The translations under genes were made by a program, and so were the position numbers. Under the pieces are notes generated by a model. That model was not told where the DNA came from. It was given only the letters and a program-made list of their open reading frames with translations, and ran no database searches. A stretch of 64,000 nucleotides of DNA, from positions 64,001-128,000 of the IMG/VR virus record IMGVR_UViG_3300021594_000641; one strand, given 5' to 3'. This document shows positions 35,701 to 42,227 of the stretch, in pieces. This DNA is from a virus. The first letter of the stretch is position 1. Each line of letters begins with the position of its first letter.

Positions 35701-37196
35701 TTCTTTGGAACATATTTGATTTTGCCGCTAACCAAAGCAGCCACTACGTTTGAATTCTTGTTTTCAAGCTCTTTGGGGAAAGCTATTACAGAGTCAGCAA
35801 TATCCTGAGGAGTTTTCCATACAGGTTTATTTCCATTCTTTACGTCAAGAAACTTGGCATAGACCTTTCCATCCTTACCTTTCATGGAAGATTGAGCCAA
35901 ACGGCTATCAACACCTACCTTTAGAGATTCAGGAGTGAGTAGAGGATCGACATAACCAAAGTGAGAAGGCTGAACCGACCTGGCTTCGTCTGGAACAGCG
36001 TCCAGAGAAGGAATACCGCCTTCGCCAAGACGACTCATTCTGGTCAGCTGGCCAAGAATCTCAGCGTTGTTCACTTCTTCAGAAGGCTGTCCAAGTCCAG
36101 AACTTGTAATTGCAGCATTCAAATGCTTGCCAAGGAAGTTAGTTCCCAGAGGACTGAGATTATTTTTGAATGTGGCTTTCCACAGTAAAGGCCTCATGAC
36201 CTTGTAGGCTGAGCGCATCTTCTCAGAAAACAGATCCTCAGGACCCATGATCATCTGATAGGCCATGGCATCGCGGTCGTCTGGATCTGCTTCTCTCTTG
36301 TTTATGGCCACGATCTTCTTTGTGGCATCAATAATGGCATCTACTGACAAGTTTTTATACGGTTTGCCTAGTGTTCTTGACGTTACAACACCATCTAAAT
36401 GCATGTTCTCAAAGAAGTTACGAAGCTTTTGATACTTGCTTTCCTTGTCTCCTTCCTGATCAGCCTTCCTAAGAGTTCTTTGGATTAGCTTTTCCAGAAC
36501 CTGCGGGTCGTTTTGCCTGGCGTTTACTTCGTACAGCTCGTTTCCCCAAGAGTCTCTAAGCTGTTTGTCTGTTGCACCCATGGCTTTGAGCAGGGGAAAC
36601 AGAGGCATGGACGCTTGGCCCATGGAAACTTTGAATACGCCGCGAGCTGGATCTAGAGAATATCTGTGAGAAACACCTTTACCAGGAAGTACGTTAACGT
36701 GAGATTCTATTTCACCGTTCTGCTTTTCTCTCGTATATATCCCTGGGCGCAATCTGGCTTGGTTGGCAAGTGTGTATTCAACACCATTAAGTACGAAAGT
36801 GCCGCCATTTGTCATCTTGGGAATACGAGCCATGGTTATGGCTTTTTCATCAACGATGTTTCCCTGCGTGTCCTGAAGCTGCCATATGCCCTGAAGCCTT
36901 CTTTCAAGGCTTTCTTTTCTAAGAATGGCTTTCTTTCGTTCTTTTATGGAAGGAACTGGGCTATCTAGATAGCTAGCGCTGACTAGCTTTAGCTTATACC
37001 TATTGTTTTCAAATACAGGAATTTCTTTCGTAGCGTTTAAAACACCGTCGTATATGGAGTTACGAGTCTTATCTATGTCAGAAAAAGACCGCATCTCTTC
37101 CTGAGGTTTATTTAAAATAGGCGCGGCCAGATTGCCAAGAACTCCTGCAGGCTTGTTTGGTCCCGCAGGAGTTCCACCGTCTAGGACAGAAGCCAT
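32760..37196 (-). CDS. rpoBC: Multisubunit RNA polymerase: beta fused to the N-terminal catalytic half of beta-prime
   Basis: Beta motifs: IPKMTNGGTFVLNG, SHFGYVDPLLTPES, RVMMGARMLTQALP, GQNFEDAIVIS, GDKLSGRYGDKGVI, NPLGIISRTNPGQ, RFFMKLHH. Beta-prime motifs: IPVLPPIFRP, RKLLSTTVDVVGRGVI, NRAPVLHR, GADFDGD. Confidence 0.95.
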   Translation of the reverse strand: MASVLDGGTPAGPNKPAGVLGNLAAPILNKPQEEMRSFSDIDKTRNSIYDGVLNATKEIPVFENNRYKLKLVSASYLDSPVPSIKERKKAILRKESLERRLQGIWQLQDTQGNIVDEKAITMARIPKMTNGGTFVLNGVEYTLANQARLRPGIYTREKQNGEIESHVNVLPGKGVSHRYSLDPARGVFKVSMGQASMPLFPLLKAMGATDKQLRDSWGNELYEVNARQNDPQVLEKLIQRTLRKADQEGDKESKYQKLRNFFENMHLDGVVTSRTLGKPYKNLSVDAIIDATKKIVAINKREADPDDRDAMAYQMIMGPEDLFSEKMRSAYKVMRPLLWKATFKNNLSPLGTNFLGKHLNAAITSSGLGQPSEEVNNAEILGQLTRMSRLGEGGIPSLDAVPDEARSVQPSHFGYVDPLLTPESLKVGVDSRLAQSSMKGKDGKVYAKFLDVKNGNKPVWKTPQDIADSVIAFPKELENKNSNVVAALVSGKIKYVPKNQVEYVLPHMEDSFNPLVNMIPLKSTIKGQRVMMGARMLTQALPIANAESPFVQSGVPGPDDESYEERYGKYMGAVHSDVEGQVVKVTPEEIHIKGSDGKVHVKEIHDNLPYNRKTYLHNTPVVMPGDMVKKNTLIARSNFTDAKGATALGLNMRTAYIPYKGQNFEDAIVISEAAAKRLSSEHMYQNDVEFEDNAKYGKKTFISMFPGTYDKAILDNMDEDGVIKKGSIVNADTPLILQVKQKELAHNQITRGKAPTFSDSTVTWDHHDKGVVTDVEKTRKGVVVTVKSYSQMQVGDKLSGRYGDKGVISEIVPDNHMPVDSDGRPFEVLVNPLGIISRTNPGQMVEAVLGKIAEKHGKRYAVKDFSDIEDMIEFAKKELSKHNMSDREDILDPIDSTKIRDVFTGNRFFMKLHHMAESKGSGRGLGSYTSEESPAKGGPMGSKRVSLADNNALLSHGALDVLTDAGAIRGQKNQDYWAAFMSGRTPPEPRIPLVYHKFFEQLRSAGINPIRTGPRIQIMALTNKDIDQLAAGREITSPETVDWKEGLKPIKGGLFDESTTGGHGGNRWSYIKLAEPLPNPVMEEPIRRILGLTQNRFNAILSGKETFNEMSGPEAIKKSLERIDINEATKRAETEWRNSKKSSKDAALKRWAILKHTQRLKMHPKDWMMDKIPVLPPIFRPVAVMGSGDRPLVADPNYLYKEAFEANQALKETRRISNEVGDERLALYRSFKAVTGLGDPISPKNQERGVKGVLKYVFGDNPKFSVMQRKLLSTTVDVVGRGVISPNANLDLDQVGIPINKAWEIYKPFIVRRLARQGVSPIRAAELVQNKDKLALTAMQQEMNDRPVIINRAPVLHRYGVMAFKPILVDNETMQLCPAVVTGFGADFDGDTMNYHVPVSDGAVKDALEKMLPSKNLLSTKTFKVHQLPKNEYQGGLYQATAFVSNKPERYFATKADAIRAYKSGEIGPDQKVVILNS

Positions 37197-37199
37197 GGC

Positions 37200-38216
37200 T
37201 TATTCCTCGTTATCTTCTTCCTGGTCTTCAGACTCTTCTACTTTTTTCTTCTTTTCATGAATTGGAAGAGCCATAAGCTTTGGAGGAGAAGCAGCCTGCC
37301 TTGCAGCAGCTCTTTCTCTGGCTATTTCGCCAAGGAGCTTGGAAGGATCTCTCTTGCTGAAGTATTCGTATCCAAGGGTTGTTCCAAGAACAGGCAAACC
37401 AGCCAAAGCTGTAAGCCCCAAACCTCCAATTATGTTACCGGCGGATTCTAAAGAAGCTCTTGCCGCATTAGGGTCAATGCCTGCTTGCTCATAAATAGGG
37501 TCTGTAATCATTCTGCTAGTAGGTATAAGATCACCGCTAGCCTCAACTTTATAAGGAGGATATTTGCCAGATATCTTAAGAATGTACGCTAGCTTTTCCA
37601 GGTTGTACCGCAGCTCTTTGGCTACAGCCTTATCCCCAGAACCGGCTTTTTGCATCTTTAGTTTATCTTCGTCATAAGACTCCATTAGAGCCTTGTTGAA
37701 CTCTTCCGCCTCATCAGAAACATCTTCTTGAATCTGCTTGGCTCGTCTTGAGTTGAGAATGGCGTTGGTCAGCTTGTAGCCGCCATACATAGTTCCCAAG
37801 CCGCCAAGAATACTGAGAGGCCAGAAAATTGGCGCTTCTGCAGGGCTTTGAGCTTCGTGGCCGTGAAGCCAGCTAGCTTGTTCATATGGTTTTCTGTAAG
37901 CGCCTAAGGCCTTGGCTATAAGGTTGCTTTGCGTTGGCTTTTCAGAAGATGCCTTTATAGCTTCTTCTACAATCTGCTCTTTTACGTCCTCTTCAGGATC
38001 TTCCGTATAGTTTGGATGGGGAAGAGGAAGTATTGATGGGGTTCTAGACCTGAACTTGGCTTTATTCTTTTTGAAGACGCCAGGAATTTCCTGAGCCGCT
38101 CTGGCTCCAGCTCCAAGCATGGCCGAACCTAGAAGAACTTGGCTCAGCAGTCCGTAAGTTTTATTTACCGCTCTGTTTGAATCATCAATTTCATCTGCTT
38201 TCTTTTCTTGAGACAT
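37200..38216 (-). CDS. Putative internal head protein with three Gly-rich hydrophobic helices
   Basis: Start MSQEKKAD (GAGGAG RBS) preferred over 38270; EKKAD, QKAGS, EKLAY. Confidence 0.6.
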   Translation of the reverse strand: MSQEKKADEIDDSNRAVNKTYGLLSQVLLGSAMLGAGARAAQEIPGVFKKNKAKFRSRTPSILPLPHPNYTEDPEEDVKEQIVEEAIKASSEKPTQSNLIAKALGAYRKPYEQASWLHGHEAQSPAEAPIFWPLSILGGLGTMYGGYKLTNAILNSRRAKQIQEDVSDEAEEFNKALMESYDEDKLKMQKAGSGDKAVAKELRYNLEKLAYILKISGKYPPYKVEASGDLIPTSRMITDPIYEQAGIDPNAARASLESAGNIIGGLGLTALAGLPVLGTTLGYEYFSKRDPSKLLGEIARERAAARQAASPPKLMALPIHEKKKKVEESEDQEEDNEE

Positions 38217-38218
38217 GG

Positions 38219-38563
38219 TCACAGTCTCCTCTGTACGTTCTTTGGAATGATGCCGACTACTTCGCCCCATTCCAGATGGATTCTTATCTCTTTACCGTCT
38301 TCAGATATGAGCTTAGTCCTATCTATTAGACGGAATAACCCGTTGACTATCTTATCCAGTATCTGTGTATATTCTTCTAAATCTGAAGAATTACCAAGAT
38401 CAAATACCTTCACATTCGCATTAACGCCGTGAGGTATATTGTCGTACTCTTCCTGAGTTAGATTTGGCGTGGCGTTTCCCATTAAGGGAAAGCCTTGCGA
38501 AGTTACAGCTCTTGAATCAGCGCGATACTTAGCCCCAACACCAAACTGATTCAGTATCTTCAT
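38219..38563 (-). CDS. Hypothetical protein
   Basis: 114 aa, tightly packed in the operon. Confidence 0.65.
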   Translation of the reverse strand: MKILNQFGVGAKYRADSRAVTSQGFPLMGNATPNLTQEEYDNIPHGVNANVKVFDLGNSSDLEEYTQILDKIVNGLFRLIDRTKLISEDGKEIRIHLEWGEVVGIIPKNVQRRL

Positions 38564-39024
38564 ATACCGCCGCTTTCTTTAAGCCTTCTAAGTTTGTTCT
38601 TCATCCTGATCTTAGCCTTCTGAATAGCTAAGTCGTTTATTACTTCCTCGGCTTTTGCTTCTTGCTCGGCCAAAGGATCTGAGCGCATGTCAGCCAAGGC
38701 TTTACCAGCCAGAATACCAGAACCTGTGGCTGCTATGCCTGTAGCTGCCAGTATCTTTGGAGCGTTATTGAGTATCCAGTCAGAGTATCCAGTAGCAGCC
38801 AAAGCCGCACCTGCGTTCTGAACTGGAGTAGAAGCTCCAAGAGTGTTTAAAGTTATGCCTGTGCCAAGACCTTTAGCTAGCCTTGACCCAAGAGTTTCGT
38901 TGTCAGCTTGTTTCTCAAGCTTATGAATGGCAGTCTTAACTCGCTCGTTCATCTGAGCAAGAGTTAGACCTTCGTCCAGACATCTACTTATAAAAGCTAA
39001 CTTGAAACTGGTCAGAGGATCCAT
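38560..39024 (-). CDS. Putative internal head protein with Gly-rich helices
   Basis: 154 aa; VKTAI, EKQAD. Confidence 0.6.
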   Translation of the reverse strand: MDPLTSFKLAFISRCLDEGLTLAQMNERVKTAIHKLEKQADNETLGSRLAKGLGTGITLNTLGASTPVQNAGAALAATGYSDWILNNAPKILAATGIAATGSGILAGKALADMRSDPLAEQEAKAEEVINDLAIQKAKIRMKNKLRRLKESGGI

Positions 39025-39027
39025 GAA

Positions 39028-39390
39028 TCACCTCTTTGGAATATTCAGGCCTGACAGTGAGACATAAACTCTCTTTCGTTCTTCAGCTTGTTGTCTGCGA
39101 ATGTCAGGGTCCATTGGATTTCCCTGATCTTCAGCAGCCTTTATAACTTCCATAAGATTTTTAGCTGCTTGCAATAGTTCGCGGCGTTCGTCAACGTAGT
39201 GACCACCACGATCTCTCATGTGCTCAGCTTCTCTTGCAAATGAAACTGCTCTATATCTCATAGTCATTGGGGCTTCATATTTGATATCACCTGCTTTCTC
39301 ATCAATAATCGCAACCATTCCGTCCTGAGCCCAATACCTCAGGTCTCTGAAAGAAAACACTTTGCTGTTTTTTACAATGTCTTCAGCCAT
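39028..39390 (-). CDS. Hypothetical protein
   Basis: 120 aa ORF in the operon. Confidence 0.65.
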   Translation of the reverse strand: MAEDIVKNSKVFSFRDLRYWAQDGMVAIIDEKAGDIKYEAPMTMRYRAVSFAREAEHMRDRGGHYVDERRELLQAAKNLMEVIKAAEDQGNPMDPDIRRQQAEERKRVYVSLSGLNIPKR

Positions 39391-39407
39391 GATAGCCCTT
39401 TCTATAC

Positions 39408-40397
39408 TTAATCTAGCTTAAGCACTCTGTCTAAAACCCTGAAGTCGTTTACCGACTTACACGTCTCATCCCTTCTATCAGTATCGTCTGAACTCTGGCT
39501 AGACAACATCAGTGTATCACGCCCTCGAACCACAAGCACTCTCAAACTAAGTATCGTATCTCCGTTCTCAGAGTGAACGTCATAAGCTGTTACAGGTAAT
39601 TTTCTATCATTTAAAAAAATATCATTTGAGCCATTCTTTCCTAAACTTATTACCCATCTGTTTGATTCAGGATTTGACGTGTCAGCTCTTGTTAGTTGAA
39701 CCAGAGAACTTTCAGGCAATGGCTCTTGAGGATAATAGATCTCATCCTCATACATCTCCGAGTATCCATACCATGGGTTGTACATGGTTGTTCCTGGAAT
39801 CTCTCTATCAGGAACATCTACTTGTTCTATTCTTTCTCTTTCTTCCATTACTCCCGACATATCCAATAACTGATTTATCAAAGCATTCCTTTCTCTTAGA
39901 ACTTCTCCTCTTTCCAATACTAACCTTGAATACAGTCCTTGGTTTCTTAGAGGAGCAGCTATTCTTGCCATTAGGGCTAATTCTTGGTCTATCTTATTCT
40001 GTAGCAAGTCTAACCATGCTTTTCTGTTTCTGTTGTTTAAATACCTTACTGAAGAGCGTCTATTTGATATCGAGCCTTCTGGTCTTTCCATATAGTCTTT
40101 TATTGCTTCTTGAGATAGTTCTATCATTGCGGCTATATATTGTCTGACTGCTGTGCCTAGAGTTGGATTTATTTCATCTAACTGAGCATATGTTGCAATA
40201 TAACTTTCTCTAAGAAGCTTTAATTGTTCTTCCATGAATTCTTGAACTGTATATACGCTTTCTTCTAAATCGAATGATCTTGCTGAAATAGAAAAGCCGA
40301 ATGGAAGTATGTACGAATGCTGCCTTATATCTTCTGAGGCGTTTTCGTTCACTTCTCTTTCCATTCTTATTGCTTCTTCGTGAGAAGATTCATACAT
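39408..40397 (-). CDS. Hypothetical Arg/Glu-rich, Lys-poor protein
   Basis: 329 aa, GGAGGAAGG RBS; composition unlike its K-x-A-rich neighbours. Confidence 0.65.
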   Translation of the reverse strand: MYESSHEEAIRMEREVNENASEDIRQHSYILPFGFSISARSFDLEESVYTVQEFMEEQLKLLRESYIATYAQLDEINPTLGTAVRQYIAAMIELSQEAIKDYMERPEGSISNRRSSVRYLNNRNRKAWLDLLQNKIDQELALMARIAAPLRNQGLYSRLVLERGEVLRERNALINQLLDMSGVMEERERIEQVDVPDREIPGTTMYNPWYGYSEMYEDEIYYPQEPLPESSLVQLTRADTSNPESNRWVISLGKNGSNDIFLNDRKLPVTAYDVHSENGDTILSLRVLVVRGRDTLMLSSQSSDDTDRRDETCKSVNDFRVLDRVLKLD

Positions 40398-40416
40398 GGA
40401 TCCTTCCTCCTATACC

Positions 40417-41499
40417 TTATTGACCAAACAATCCTGGTATTACTGCCTTTAGTGCTCCAGCGAACATTCCTGTATTCTGTAATGTTCTTTGGGCTGTTGG
40501 TGTCAGACCAGCTAATGCTCCAAGCACCTTTCCGCCTATATATGCCTGGGATAATCCAGCGCCCATTCCAAGTCCTACTCTTGAAATGTCGAATGGAGAT
40601 ATGATTCCCATGTTTCCTTTTGATTGGTTTGCTGCTTCTGTTAGTCCGACTGTTGCTGTTCTTAGTGGTATTGAGGCAAAAGGATCCATCATTACTGATC
40701 TGTTGAATGCGTCGACAGGAATGGTTGGAAGGTTTTCTATGCCTGATTGGGATAGAGATTGCTTTTGCATATAGTCATCTAGCATTTGTTCTGATTCTTT
40801 GTTTGGGTGTATATCTTTTATTCCTTCAAATGCTCTATTGATTGCTTCTGAGATTTTTTCTTGAGGTTTTTCTTCTGGCTGAGAACCCCAGAACACATTT
40901 GGCTTTACCCAGGCATTCCACTTACTCTTATCCTTGTCGTCCCAATTCCTCATTCCTACAACTCCTAGATATGCTGGAATTGCTGCTCCGCCCAAAGCTC
41001 CAATGACTCCAAGAGTCTTGTTGAGCCTGTCTCTTTTTACAAACCTTTCTGGAAATAGTCTTTCTAGCAGACTTCCTGTCAAATATCCCGCGCCGCCTCC
41101 TAAAGCTCCGCTAGTTAACATTGAGAATAAAGGGCTTGTTCCAAACTCTCCGAAGTTTTGATTGAAGGAGTTTGGAGCCAAGTTCATTAGCTTGGGAATC
41201 GTTGAAAGAGTATCTTTTGCTTTCAATGGCTCTGCTGCTCTCTTTACGAATATCCATCTCTTGTTTTCAGGCAGCTTTGTTTCCCTATGACCTATTTCAA
41301 ATCCTTTCTTCTGCATGTTCTCTACTGTTGATAGGCAATCTGTAGTTAGTAATCCTGGATTGTCTGCATCGAACCAGACAACTGAATTGTCTTCAAGGGC
41401 GCTAGAAACCTTTTCGTGAAATGGCTTAAGAGACTTAATTGCTTCCTTGACCATTTCTGGAAGGAGCAAGTATTCCATCTTTAGAAGAGTGTCGGTCAT
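40417..41499 (-). CDS. Putative internal head protein with glycine zippers
   Basis: 360 aa; VKEAI, VKRAA; GALGGGAGYLTG...LGVIGALGG; GLGMGAGLSQAYIGG. Confidence 0.6.
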   Translation of the reverse strand: MTDTLLKMEYLLLPEMVKEAIKSLKPFHEKVSSALEDNSVVWFDADNPGLLTTDCLSTVENMQKKGFEIGHRETKLPENKRWIFVKRAAEPLKAKDTLSTIPKLMNLAPNSFNQNFGEFGTSPLFSMLTSGALGGGAGYLTGSLLERLFPERFVKRDRLNKTLGVIGALGGAAIPAYLGVVGMRNWDDKDKSKWNAWVKPNVFWGSQPEEKPQEKISEAINRAFEGIKDIHPNKESEQMLDDYMQKQSLSQSGIENLPTIPVDAFNRSVMMDPFASIPLRTATVGLTEAANQSKGNMGIISPFDISRVGLGMGAGLSQAYIGGKVLGALAGLTPTAQRTLQNTGMFAGALKAVIPGLFGQ

Positions 41500-41500
41500 C

Positions 41501-42085
41501 TTAGTTTCTCGAATAGAAGGCTGAAGGCATGTGTGATTGAAGCATGTGTATTCTGAAGTTTGTGGGTTTGTGCGTTAATCCCACAATACCGTTCTTTGGT
41601 TCGTCGCTTATGTCGAATTCGTCTGGAGCTGCTGATACAAGTGCTCTAAGTATTATATTCTTCCTTATATATTGTTTCTTGTCTGATAGCTCTTTGGCTG
41701 TTATCAGGCTTTTTAGTGTTTCGCTCTTTGCTGCATACTTTAGGGCTGAAGGCTCTTCTTCTAGTCCAGCCAACACGGACAGTTTGTTTGCAAGATAGTT
41801 TGAGCCTAAGGCTCCAAGTATTGCTCCCAAGGCTTTTCCTGGAGTTACAGAACTATCTGTTGATCCTGACAAAGCTCCTCCTACGCCATAACCTCCTATT
41901 GCTCCTGTTCCTGTTGCCAGTCCTTTCATGCCTCCTCGAATAAGGTCTAGTAGCCTTGTGTATTTGTTCTTGCCTTTTCCGCCTGTTGGTTCAGCTAGGG
42001 CTGATCCGGCTATTGTGGTAAGTCCAAGCAAGCCCGCAGCTGGACTAACTGGAAAAATATTTGCGGGTTTTGACTCTTTGCTCAT
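41501..42085 (-). CDS. Putative internal head protein with glycine zippers
   Basis: 194 aa; GLATGTGAIGGYGVGG, GAILGALG, LKYAA. Confidence 0.6.
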   Translation of the reverse strand: MSKESKPANIFPVSPAAGLLGLTTIAGSALAEPTGGKGKNKYTRLLDLIRGGMKGLATGTGAIGGYGVGGALSGSTDSSVTPGKALGAILGALGSNYLANKLSVLAGLEEEPSALKYAAKSETLKSLITAKELSDKKQYIRKNIILRALVSAAPDEFDISDEPKNGIVGLTHKPTNFRIHMLQSHMPSAFYSRN

Positions 42086-42160
42086 GTTACCGCTTCCATT
42101 AAACCAGTGTGGCTTTGTACTTATGTCTAATTATTAAATCCGTTTGCTTGCTTTTTGCTT

Positions 42161-42227
42161 CCTTTCTACAATCCTCTTACCGCCGCATTTGGCGGTTCTT
42201 TTTTTGTTGAGTTGAAAGGGTAGAAAG
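42161..42227 (+). promoter_or_regulatory. Structured 5' leader of the RNR gene: terminator-like hairpin plus anti-RBS pairing
   Basis: ACCGCC-GCATTT-GGCGGT followed by TCTTTTTTT; CTTTCTAC (42162-42169) is complementary to GTAGAAAG (42220-42227). Confidence 0.45.

Noticed and set aside
27003-37196. Cellular rpoBC operon or host contamination
   Set aside because: No ribosomal protein neighbours; highly divergent, split differently, and continuous with capsid and tail genes
22016-37196. Eukaryotic giant virus (NCLDV) origin
   Set aside because: Despite the D6/D11-like helicase, the RNAP motifs are bacterial-type, genes have Shine-Dalgarno sites, and there is a contractile tail
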